A program made the position numbers and the translations under genes. A stretch of DNA of 64,000 nucleotides from NCBI GenBank assembly GCA_964422025.1, contig CAYQYZ010000004.1, positions 7,768 to 71,767 on the forward strand, given 5' to 3'. The notes below the pieces were generated by a model. That model saw only the letters and a program-made list of their open reading frames with translations. It was not told where the DNA came from and made no database searches. The stretch comes from an uncultured Gammaproteobacteria bacterium. GTDB taxonomy: Bacteria > Patescibacteriota > Microgenomatia > UBA1406 > HO2-37-13b. This document shows positions 36,901 to 45,619 of the stretch, piece by piece (within the stretch, counting starts at the first letter, position 1; each line of letters starts with the position of its first letter).

Positions 36901-38010
36901 TCAATCCTTCTTCTTCCAAACCACCTTGTTGTACAGATAGTATGAGTACGGGATAATTACAAGTGCGATGATGATTATTTTGTAAATATACCAGTAGTCT
37001 TTAGGGAAGATCACGGTGGCTGTTTGCAGGAGCACGGCTTGAATGAGAATGTTTCCAATTGAAATAGTGTTGAATTGGACTAATGACTGCAGCATTGACT
37101 TAAGCGAATTATCGACTTTTTTATACGAAAAACTCCAGTAATTATTCAGGAAAAAGTTTGAGATAATCGCAAGTTCTGCGCTGATAACGGTCGCAAGCCA
37201 CACCGGGAAAATAAATCGTTCAATTAACAAAAATGAGGTTCCAAAATCAAGAATAGCGCCAATAAGGCCAACAATTCCAAATTTAATAAATGAAGAATTT
37301 TGGAAAATGTACGTAATGATATCGAAAATGTAGCGGCCTGAGCTGATTTTGGAAGAACCGGCATTGCGTTCTTGAAAGTTAATTGGAACTTCCCCGATTT
37401 TATTATGTAATTTTACCGCGCGATCAAGCAGCGCAATTTGGAAAACGTAGCCGTTATAGTTGTCGAGGTGATCAAGAATTTCATGAAGAAAGTTGGTTCG
37501 AATCACACGGAAACCGTTGGTCCAATCGTGAATTGAGGGATGCATAAAGCCTAGACGAACGACCAGATTTCCACAGAACGAAAATATTTTGCGATACAGC
37601 GCCCAGTTTTTAGGAATGGATCCTCCGTTAACATAGCGAGCGCCGATGACTATGTCGAATCCTTCATCCAGTTTAGCAAGGAGGGGAGGAATGGAGTTGG
37701 GATCGTGGGAAAGATCGGCATCCATTTCAAAAATAGCATCGGCAGAAAGACTCTCTAGAACGTGTCGAAAGCCTCGGACATACGCTTTGCCTAAGCCTTC
37801 TTTTTGACCGGAAATAAGATGAAGGTTTTTATACTTTTTTTGCAGATCTTTTATTTTATCGGCAGTATTATCGGGTGAATTGTCGTCGACAACTAAAATT
37901 CCTAATTCCCAGCCGGGGGTATTCTTTTGTTGTTCAAGAATTTGAGGAATGATGATTCCCACGTTTCCGGCTTCATTATATGTTGGAAGAATGACGATGG
38001 CTTTTTTCAT
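36901..38010 (-). CDS. polyprenyl-phosphate glycosyltransferase (Dpm1/Ppm1-like GT2) fused to a GtrA-like membrane domain
   Basis: AIVILPTYNEAGN, LVVDDNSPDNT, MDADLSHDP; C-terminal 4-TM GtrA-like block (FIKFGIVGLIGAILDFG...ISNFFLNNYWSF). Confidence 0.88.
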   Translation of the reverse strand: MKKAIVILPTYNEAGNVGIIIPQILEQQKNTPGWELGILVVDDNSPDNTADKIKDLQKKYKNLHLISGQKEGLGKAYVRGFRHVLESLSADAIFEMDADLSHDPNSIPPLLAKLDEGFDIVIGARYVNGGSIPKNWALYRKIFSFCGNLVVRLGFMHPSIHDWTNGFRVIRTNFLHEILDHLDNYNGYVFQIALLDRAVKLHNKIGEVPINFQERNAGSSKISSGRYIFDIITYIFQNSSFIKFGIVGLIGAILDFGTSFLLIERFIFPVWLATVISAELAIISNFFLNNYWSFSYKKVDNSLKSMLQSLVQFNTISIGNILIQAVLLQTATVIFPKDYWYIYKIIIIALVIIPYSYYLYNKVVWKKKD

Positions 38011-38011
38011 A

Positions 38012-38980
38012 TTACAGGTTAAAACGATTTTTAAAATAGGGTATTGTTTTTGTTATACCATCTTCAAACGATGTTGTGGGATTGTAGTTTAGTTGCGAGC
38101 GGGCTTTTGAAAGGTCGGGGCAGCGGCGTTGGGGGTCATCGCCCGGAACATTATCGGGGTATGGAATGGGGGTAATTGTTGAATTTGAATTGGTGAGTTG
38201 TTTTACAGTGGCGGCAACATCGGAAATAGTGCGTTCTGTGTCGTTTCCAATGTTGTAGATTTCTCCGGCTTTTCCGTTTTCAGAAAGCGCAATAAGACCA
38301 TCAACTGTATCAGAAACATATGAGAATGATCGGGTTTGTTTGCCTTCGTTATAGACTGTAATTGGTTGATTTTGCAGGGCTTGCACAATGAAATTCGAAA
38401 CGACTCGGCCGTCTTCGCGTTCCATATTAGGACCGTAGGTGTTGAAAAGACGCGCAATGCGAATGTCGAGTGCGTGCTGACGAAAATACGATATGCATAA
38501 TGCTTCGCCAAAACGCTTGGATTCATCGTAGCATGATCTTTCTCCAACTGGGTTTACGTGTCCCCAATAGGTTTCTTTTTGTGGATGTTCAAGCGGATCG
38601 CCATACACCTCGGAAGTGGACGTGAAGACGACATTTCCCGATTTGCTTTGCTTTAGAAAACTAAGCACATTAAGAGTGCCGACAGAATTGACGAGTAGCG
38701 TTTCAGTTTGATGAGTGTAATATTGTTTCGGTGAAGCAGGTGAAGCTAGATGAAAAATTGTGTCGAATTTTTGCTCGTGTAATGCATCTAGCCAATCGGT
38801 TGAGATAATATCAGCTTGGAGGAATTTAAAGTTTGGATTAGAGGAAAAAGGCTCAATATTCTGCCGCGATCCGGTAAGTAGATTATCGACAACCGTTACG
38901 TGGTGGCCTTCATCGAGGAGTTTTTGGGTAAGATTCGAGCCAATGAATCCGGCTCCTCCGGTTATTAAATAGTTTTTCAT
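38012..38980 (-). CDS. UDP-glucuronate decarboxylase (UDP-xylose synthase-like SDR)
   Basis: GGAGFIGSNL Rossmann motif, YDESKRFGE (YxxxK), overall UXS-like layout; overlaps ugd by 4 nt. Confidence 0.85.
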   Translation of the reverse strand: MKNYLITGGAGFIGSNLTQKLLDEGHHVTVVDNLLTGSRQNIEPFSSNPNFKFLQADIISTDWLDALHEQKFDTIFHLASPASPKQYYTHQTETLLVNSVGTLNVLSFLKQSKSGNVVFTSTSEVYGDPLEHPQKETYWGHVNPVGERSCYDESKRFGEALCISYFRQHALDIRIARLFNTYGPNMEREDGRVVSNFIVQALQNQPITVYNEGKQTRSFSYVSDTVDGLIALSENGKAGEIYNIGNDTERTISDVAATVKQLTNSNSTITPIPYPDNVPGDDPQRRCPDLSKARSQLNYNPTTSFEDGITKTIPYFKNRFNL

Positions 38981-40263
38981 CTTCCAACTGATTCATAGGT
39001 AAATCCTGCTTCTTTCATTTCGCGTGGGTGGTATACGTTGCGGCCATCGAAAATGTGGGGGGATTTCATTGCACTTTTAACTTTAGCCAGATCCGCTTGT
39101 TTGAATTCATTCCATTCAGTAAGAATTAGAAGGGCATCGGCGTCTGTTACAGCGTCATAAGCTGAATCGACGAACTCTACAACATCACCAAAAAGTTTTT
39201 GAGAGTTCGCTCGGGCTTCCGGATCATACGCGCTTACGGTATAGCCTTTTTCAAGGAGCTTTTTAATGATGTACGTTGATGGAGCGAATCGGATATCGTC
39301 GGTATTAGGTTTGAATGCAAGTCCCCATATGGCGATTTTTCCAGGCTTAATGTTTGTGAGAATTTTTTCGAGAAAATTATCTTTCGCATGTTTATTAATA
39401 TCCTCAACAGCTGATAGCAGCGACATATCGACTCCATATGAAGTTCCGGTACTAATGAGCGCTTTTACATCTTTAGGAAAACAGCTTCCTCCGTAACCAA
39501 CGCCAGGATCAAGGAAAATTCTCCCTATTCTACGATCTAGGCCAACACCTTCCAAAACTTCGTCAATATTGCCACCCGTCTTTTCACATAAGAATGAAAT
39601 CATGTTGGCAAATGAGATTTTGGTTGCAAGAATGGAATTTGCTGCGTATTTAATAATTTCAGCTGACTCTAAGCCTACGATCACTCTCTCGCCCGGCAAC
39701 GGTTCGTGAAGTTTTAGTAGCGCAGAAACTGCTTTTTGAGAATCTGAACCGATAATCACTCTATCCGGCTCGAAAGTATCGGAAAGGGCACTGCCTTCAC
39801 GCAGGAACTCGGGGCATGAAGCCATGTCGAATGTTGCGCCTGCAGGCTTGACTTCTTCAATTTTTTTAGCAATTGTTCGATTAGTACTTACAGGAACGGT
39901 GCTCTTGCACGAAACGACGGTGTATTTGTTTCCCAAATTTTTTCCAATATTTTCAGCAACATCGAGTACTGTTGAAAGATCTGCCTCACCATTTTCCTTA
40001 GGAGGTGTGCCGACAGCAATAAAAACGACATCTGAGTCAGGAATAGCTTTAGCGTACTCGTTGGTGAAATGAAGACGATTTGCAGCAAGGTTTTTTTTGA
40101 GCAGTTCTTGAAGGCCCGGCTCAAAAATTATGGGGTCTCCATTGCGTAGGCGATCTAATTTTTCAGGCGTGTGACCGACTACATGAACGGTGTTTCCCAG
40201 ATCGGCAAAAACACACGCGGTAACCAGCCCAACATATCCGTGTCCAATAAAGGTGATTGTCAT
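38977..40263 (-). CDS. ugd: UDP-glucose 6-dehydrogenase
   Basis: N-terminal GHGYVGLV Rossmann motif, catalytic GGSCFPKDV, 428 aa. Confidence 0.92.
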   Translation of the reverse strand: MTITFIGHGYVGLVTACVFADLGNTVHVVGHTPEKLDRLRNGDPIIFEPGLQELLKKNLAANRLHFTNEYAKAIPDSDVVFIAVGTPPKENGEADLSTVLDVAENIGKNLGNKYTVVSCKSTVPVSTNRTIAKKIEEVKPAGATFDMASCPEFLREGSALSDTFEPDRVIIGSDSQKAVSALLKLHEPLPGERVIVGLESAEIIKYAANSILATKISFANMISFLCEKTGGNIDEVLEGVGLDRRIGRIFLDPGVGYGGSCFPKDVKALISTGTSYGVDMSLLSAVEDINKHAKDNFLEKILTNIKPGKIAIWGLAFKPNTDDIRFAPSTYIIKKLLEKGYTVSAYDPEARANSQKLFGDVVEFVDSAYDAVTDADALLILTEWNEFKQADLAKVKSAMKSPHIFDGRNVYHPREMKEAGFTYESVGR

Positions 40264-40300
40264 AAAAGTACATAGTATCGGATTTTACGCAAAAAAACAA

Positions 40301-40411
40301 TTACTTCTTTTTGGAAGGGTGTTTGGGAAAAAAGTTTCTGAAGGCAGCTATGTAGCTAAATACCAATACAAAAATAGTGACAATGGTGAGGTTTACTGCA
40401 ACTTCATTCAT
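40301..40411 (-). CDS. possible 36-aa single-TM micro-protein
   Basis: MNEVAVNLTIVTIFVLVFSYIAAFRNFFPKHPSKKK; its ATG overlaps the stop of the 40404..40607 ORF (ATGAATGA coupling). Confidence 0.3.
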   Translation of the reverse strand: MNEVAVNLTIVTIFVLVFSYIAAFRNFFPKHPSKKK

Positions 40412-40607
40412 AGGTGTCATGGTGTTTTGCAAATAATAAACTGCTTAATAATAAAAGTGTAGCACAAAATAAGAAAACTGTTTTAAGTATGGTAAGAGAT
40501 CCATCGACAAGCAGTGGATTGATTACAAAGCCTAGAAAAATGGCCAAAGCTAGATTGGCCTGAAAGTCAGCCAATTTATCGAGTTGTGAGGGAGAGAGTG
40601 ATCTCAT
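40404..40607 (-). CDS. small two-TM membrane protein (67 aa)
   Basis: Two hydrophobic helices (LALAIFLGFVINPLL; VFLFCATLLLLSSLLF). Confidence 0.45.
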   Translation of the reverse strand: MRSLSPSQLDKLADFQANLALAIFLGFVINPLLVDGSLTILKTVFLFCATLLLLSSLLFAKHHDTYE

Positions 40608-40701
40608 AATTCCGGATCATACAGGATTGGAAAACTCAAGTCAACGGTATATAAGCCGCAAAAATGCATGTTTAGCTCTTCAGGACAATATAAAAATTGC
40701 G

Positions 40702-41544
40702 TTATACCATCTGCTTCTTTAGCTCTAGGAGGCCGTCGTGGAGCGTCTTCATGGGGTAGAAATTATTTTTGGTTGAAATGGTAGTGCCATTTTTAGGGCG
40801 GGCAGCTCTGTTTGCATAGAATTCACCGTACGTTGTTTGATCGACTTTTGATTTGTCGAGGCCAAAGACGTCACAGATTTGCAAAATAGAATCATATCCA
40901 TTCTGACTATCCGCACCAACGACATGATAAATCTCTGGGGAAAAATTAGTGAGCAAGTGTTTTAGAGAAAAGGCAATGTCATCAATAAAAGTGTAGGTAA
41001 GAATCTGATCGGTGATTCCTTTAATTCGAGTTCCACTCTTTAATAGGTCAATAATACTGCGAACAACATCTTTTTTTTGATCGAACACAGCTCTATACGG
41101 GTAACTTATGCGCACGATCATGCCGTTATGGCCAACAATTTGTTCTCCTTCTAATTTAGTTCTTCCGTAAATGGAAATGGGATTGGGCGCAGAACTCTCT
41201 GTCGCCGGTGCATGCTGCCCATCGAACACAAAGTCTGTAGAAATGTACATGAATTTCTTGCGTTTATTGGTAACAGTCTCAAAAACATTCTTAGTTCCGG
41301 TGACATTTAAGTTGTATGCGGTGTCGTGATCTTGCTCGGCGCCATCTACATTAGTATATGCAGCGGCATGCAGAAAAATATCAAAATCGGTTTCAAAAAG
41401 CTTGCGGTTTACGGCGTCTTTGTTAGTAATATCCATATCGGAAAATGGAATGGGTGTGAAATCGAAGTCATCCTTCAAAAGCTCTACTATTCGAGAACCT
41501 ACCAGGCCTGTAAGCCCAGTTCCGGAGATTTTAAGTTTGTCCAT
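40702..41544 (-). CDS. RmlD-like NAD(P)-dependent sugar-nucleotide reductase/epimerase
   Basis: ISGTGLTGLVGSRIVELL Rossmann motif, DITNKDAV, HAAAYTNVDGAEQD typical of the RmlD substrate-binding family; ATG at 41544 (MDKLKISG) preferred to the track start. Confidence 0.75.
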   Translation of the reverse strand: MDKLKISGTGLTGLVGSRIVELLKDDFDFTPIPFSDMDITNKDAVNRKLFETDFDIFLHAAAYTNVDGAEQDHDTAYNLNVTGTKNVFETVTNKRKKFMYISTDFVFDGQHAPATESSAPNPISIYGRTKLEGEQIVGHNGMIVRISYPYRAVFDQKKDVVRSIIDLLKSGTRIKGITDQILTYTFIDDIAFSLKHLLTNFSPEIYHVVGADSQNGYDSILQICDVFGLDKSKVDQTTYGEFYANRAARPKNGTTISTKNNFYPMKTLHDGLLELKKQMV

Positions 41545-41609
41545 GCGATTATTGTAGCAGATTTGCGCAACGGTTGACATTCCTAACAAATTCTGCCAAA
41601 ATGGGACAT

Positions 41610-41876
41610 ATGATTGACATATCACAAGTATTTATTGCATCTGCGATTACCATTATGACGGTGGTTTTGGTGGTAGTGGGAATTAATTTGATTATTTTCT
41701 TGCGAAATATGAGTAAAATCATTGCTCGGGTTAACGGAATTGTTGACGAACTTCAAAAGATTGGCATGCATGTAGGACAAGGAGCCGGAGAAATTGTTGG
41801 ATTTGTTTCAGGAATCAAGGGGTTCTTTAGAATTGTAGATCTATTATCGAAAAAAAAGAAGAATGACAAAAAATGA
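41610..41876 (+). CDS. small membrane protein (DUF948-like)
   Basis: N-terminal TM (FIASAITIMTVVLVVVGINLIIF) followed by a helical region; track start 41574 is the TTG of a TTGACA box; ATG at 41601 or 41610 more likely. Confidence 0.55.
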   Translation: MIDISQVFIASAITIMTVVLVVVGINLIIFLRNMSKIIARVNGIVDELQKIGMHVGQGAGEIVGFVSGIKGFFRIVDLLSKKKKNDKK

Positions 41877-42174
41877 ACACGATACACATAATAAATCCTT
41901 TTGGTCGGGACTTTCGCTCGGCGTAATCGTTGGTGCTTCGGGACTTGCCCTGTTTGGAACAAAAAAAGGACGGGAATTGGTACATAAACTTCTGGAAGTA
42001 ACCGATAATTTTGAAGAAACTGCTGGGGGATTTATTAATGATATGGAACACGAGATTGAAAGTCATGAAGGCCTAGGCGCCGCCAAAAAAGCCGGATTTA
42101 CCGCTATTGAGTCATTGTTGGATAAAATTCAATCAATAATGCCCGACAGAAATCCTCCGAAGGTGTTGAAATAA
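41863..42174 (+). CDS. YtxH-like small membrane-associated protein
   Basis: FWSGLSLGVIVGASGLALFGTKKGRE motif characteristic of the YtxH family. Confidence 0.65.
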   Translation: MTKNEHDTHNKSFWSGLSLGVIVGASGLALFGTKKGRELVHKLLEVTDNFEETAGGFINDMEHEIESHEGLGAAKKAGFTAIESLLDKIQSIMPDRNPPKVLK

Positions 42175-42184
42175 GGAAAAAGTT

Positions 42185-42230
42185 GGCAACCTCCGGGCCG
42201 GATCAGGCACGTTCAACCTCTTAGGTTGAA
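42185..42230 (+). repeat. double-hairpin repeat, family 1, copy E (doubles as terminator)
   Basis: GGCAACCTCCGGGCCGGATCAGGCACGTTCAACCTCTTAGGTTGAA then TTTTG; the right half is identical to copy F. Confidence 0.85.
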
Positions 42231-42246
42231 TTTTGCAAAATGGTGC

Positions 42247-42275
42247 TTGACAAGAATAATGGCTTGTAGTATCAT
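42247..42275 (+). promoter_or_regulatory. sigma-70-type promoter for the rpoB operon
   Basis: TTGACA (42247-42252), 17-nt spacer, TATCAT (42270-42275); about 120-nt leader to the rpoB ATG. Confidence 0.6.
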
Positions 42276-42348
42276 ATCGTTATCTTTTGATAATACCTAG
42301 GTAATAAATTGGATAGTAACATCGTATTCAAAAAATAGTTTCAGGCTT

Positions 42349-42379
42349 AAATAGGTCTTTACGGCCTATTTGTTTTGTT
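42349..42379 (+). terminator. terminator-like hairpin in the rpoB leader (possible attenuator)
   Basis: AAATAGGTC-TTTAC-GGCCTATTT 9-bp stem (one G-U) followed by GTTTTGTT, 20 nt before the rpoB ATG. Confidence 0.45.
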
Positions 42380-42399
42380 AAAAAAACGCTTTTACGCAC

Positions 42400-45300
42400 A
42401 TGCCCGCAAAACAAACCAATTCAAAAAAAACAGAACCAGCCGAACGAACATTTTTTGGCATGAAAGACGAGGTTGATCATATTGACCTTATTAAAATCCA
42501 AAAAGACTCCTGGAACAACTTTTTAGAAGTTGGCCTCACCCAAATCCTGCACGAATTCTTTCCAATCGAAGATTACACAAAAAAGAACTTCTCACTCGAA
42601 CTTAAAGACATTTATTTTGGCGAACCCCGATATACATTAGCAGAATGTATTGAAAAAAAACTCTCATATTACTTCCCAGTATATGTAAAAGTAAATTTGA
42701 TTAATAAGCGTCGAAATGTTTCCAAAACACAAGATGTGTATTTTTTCAATTTGCCACGAATGACTGATCGGGGAACATTTGTTATTAATGGTATTGAACG
42801 AGGCGTTATTAGCCAAATTTCACGTTCACCGGGAATTTACTTTACTGCAGAAGTTGATAAAACAACCGGTGCAACGGTATATAATGCCGAAGTTCGACCA
42901 TATATTGGATCATGGCTTGATTTCTCGATTGCAAAAAACAATTTAATTGAGGCAAAAATTAACAAACGCCGAAAATTTTTGGCAAGCTCATTCTTGCGCT
43001 CATTTAAAGATATGAGTAATAACGAGATTCTTGCTCTATTTTCTGACGTCGATAAAGAATTGGTTAACAAATACATTGTTCCAACGCTTGAACGAGATAG
43101 CGCAAAAACGAAAGATGAAGCGGTGTTGGAAATTTACAAGAAATTGCGACCAGGTGAACCATTAGTATTGAATAATGCCTATGAAACACTCGAAAACCTT
43201 TTTTTCAACCCACGACGATACACGCTTGACGCCGTTGGACGATACAAGATCAACAAGAAACTAGGACTCGACATTCCCGTTGAAAAAGAAAATTATGTCA
43301 TTACACTTAAAGATGCTGTTGAAACAATCAAATATTTAATTAATTTGACTGCTAAAAAGGGTAAATTCGATGATATTGATCATTTAGCAAACCGACGACT
43401 TCGAACTGTTGGAGAATTAATCGGCATGTACGGGGTTCGTGTTGGAATGGTCCGAACAGAACGAGATATTAAAGCTCGCATGAGCATGACGATGACCGAC
43501 GTTGACGTGCTTCCTTCGCAAATTATTAATAGTAAATCGCTTATTGCAACAATTAACTCCTTTTATAGAACTTCACAACTTTCAACAATCATCGATCAAA
43601 CCAACCCGCTTTCAGAAATTGACAACCTCCGACGATTTACGGTAGGAGGCCCGGGAGGACTTGAAAAAGAACGTGCGTCATTCTCGATTCGAGACATTTC
43701 TTCGTCACAATATGGAAGAATTTGTCCAATTCGATCACCTGAAGGACCTAATATTGGAGTCGTAACCTATATGGCTTTGTACGCAAAAATTAATGCCTAT
43801 GGATTCCTTGAAACACCATATAGAAAAGTTATTGAAGTAAAAGAAGGTAAAAAAACTCGCGCAAAAGTAACGGATGACATTATTTACTTACAACCTGATG
43901 ATGAAGAAGCATTTTATATTACGCATAGTAGTGTAACGGTTGATGAAAAAGGATTTTTGACCGATGAACGCGTTCCAGTTAGATATAACGGAGATATGGC
44001 TCAAGTTCCTGCTGAAAAAGTACAATTAATTGATATTTCACCTCGACAAGTCGTAGGACTTGCTGCTGCGTGTATTCCTTTCTTGCAACACGATGATGCT
44101 TCACGTGCGCTTATGGGCACGCACATGTTATGTCAGGCAGTACCGCTCGTGAAACCACAGGCTCCTGTCGTGGGAACAGGTATGGAAGGTAAAGTAGCAA
44201 GCGCACTTGGCCGAACACTTAGCGCTCCTGAAGACGCAAACGTAGAATATGTAGATGCAACAAAGATTTTACTTAAAGGAAAGAGCGGAAAATCGTATCA
44301 GTATGATTTGGAACGCTTCAACAAGACAAATAAAGACGTTGTATTTGATCAGCGACCATTAGTATCCCTTGGGCAGTCAATTAAAAAGGGAGAAACGATT
44401 ATTGATGGACCTGCGACTGACCATGGTGAACTGTCACTCGGACAGAATTTAGTTGTAGCCTATGCGTCACTTGATGGTTTAGGATACGAAGACGGTTTCG
44501 TAATTTCTGAACGCCTCGTAAAACAAGACCTCTTTACATCAGTTGTAATGGAAGAATTCATTGCTGACGTTGTTGATACTAAACTTGGCGCAGAAGAATT
44601 AACTCGAGATATTCCAAATGTTCGAGAAGAAATTTTAGCCAACCTTGATAAAGACGGTTTAGTAACAATTGGAGCTGAAATGCACCCAGGAGATGTATTA
44701 GTTGGAAAAGTCGCTCCTAAAGGTGAAAAAGAATTATCAGCCGAAGAACGATTGTTACGTGCAATTTTCGGAGAAAAAGCAAAAGACGTAAAAGATACAT
44801 CACTTCGTATGCCATATGGTAAAAAAGGAACGGTTGTTGATGTACAAATTATTGACGCTAAAAAAGATCCAAATGAACTTGAACCAGGCGTGTTAAAGAG
44901 AATTATTGTTACACTTGCACAACTTCGAAAGATTAAAGTCGGAGACAAATTGGCCGGTCGACACGGAAACAAAGGTATTATCTCAAAGATTCTACCTGAA
45001 CACGACATGCCATATTTGGAAGATGGAACACCGGTTGATGTTGTCCTCTCTCCTCACTCTGTGCTTGCTCGTATGAACCTTGGTCAGCTCTATGAGACTA
45101 TGTTAGGACTTGCAACCATGGGTACTGACAAGAAATTCGCATTACCTGTATTTGACCCTGAAAGTGAGAAAGTCATTCGAACCCAATTAACATTAGCGGG
45201 CAAAGCAGAAGATGGAAAAGTAAAACTCTACGACGGTCGAACCGGTATGGAATATGAAAAATCAGTATTAGTAGGAATTGGATACATTTTGAAGTTGGTC

Positions 45301-45618
45301 CACATGGTGGAAGACAAATTCCACGCACGATCAACCGGTCCATACTCATTAGTCACTCAACAGCCACTTGGTGGAAAGAGCCAAATGGGAGGACAACGAT
45401 TTGGAGAAATGGAAGTGTGGGCGCTTGAAAGCCACCGAGTTCCTTACGCATTGCAAGAAATGTTGACGATTAAATCAGATGATGTGCAGGGTCGACGCAA
45501 GGCTTTTGAAGCTATAATTAAAGGAATCGATATTCCACAATCAGCAGTACCAGAATCATTTAATGTTCTTACAAAGGAACTTAATGCGCTGGGGTTACAT
45601 ATAGAAGCAATTCAATAA
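42400..45618 (+). CDS. rpoB: DNA-directed RNA polymerase subunit beta
   Basis: 1072 aa; conserved blocks RRLRTVGELI, GRHGNKG, GGQRFGEMEVWALE. Confidence 0.98.
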   Translation: MPAKQTNSKKTEPAERTFFGMKDEVDHIDLIKIQKDSWNNFLEVGLTQILHEFFPIEDYTKKNFSLELKDIYFGEPRYTLAECIEKKLSYYFPVYVKVNLINKRRNVSKTQDVYFFNLPRMTDRGTFVINGIERGVISQISRSPGIYFTAEVDKTTGATVYNAEVRPYIGSWLDFSIAKNNLIEAKINKRRKFLASSFLRSFKDMSNNEILALFSDVDKELVNKYIVPTLERDSAKTKDEAVLEIYKKLRPGEPLVLNNAYETLENLFFNPRRYTLDAVGRYKINKKLGLDIPVEKENYVITLKDAVETIKYLINLTAKKGKFDDIDHLANRRLRTVGELIGMYGVRVGMVRTERDIKARMSMTMTDVDVLPSQIINSKSLIATINSFYRTSQLSTIIDQTNPLSEIDNLRRFTVGGPGGLEKERASFSIRDISSSQYGRICPIRSPEGPNIGVVTYMALYAKINAYGFLETPYRKVIEVKEGKKTRAKVTDDIIYLQPDDEEAFYITHSSVTVDEKGFLTDERVPVRYNGDMAQVPAEKVQLIDISPRQVVGLAAACIPFLQHDDASRALMGTHMLCQAVPLVKPQAPVVGTGMEGKVASALGRTLSAPEDANVEYVDATKILLKGKSGKSYQYDLERFNKTNKDVVFDQRPLVSLGQSIKKGETIIDGPATDHGELSLGQNLVVAYASLDGLGYEDGFVISERLVKQDLFTSVVMEEFIADVVDTKLGAEELTRDIPNVREEILANLDKDGLVTIGAEMHPGDVLVGKVAPKGEKELSAEERLLRAIFGEKAKDVKDTSLRMPYGKKGTVVDVQIIDAKKDPNELEPGVLKRIIVTLAQLRKIKVGDKLAGRHGNKGIISKILPEHDMPYLEDGTPVDVVLSPHSVLARMNLGQLYETMLGLATMGTDKKFALPVFDPESEKVIRTQLTLAGKAEDGKVKLYDGRTGMEYEKSVLVGIGYILKLVHMVEDKFHARSTGPYSLVTQQPLGGKSQMGGQRFGEMEVWALESHRVPYALQEMLTIKSDDVQGRRKAFEAIIKGIDIPQSAVPESFNVLTKELNALGLHIEAIQ

Positions 45619-45619
45619 T

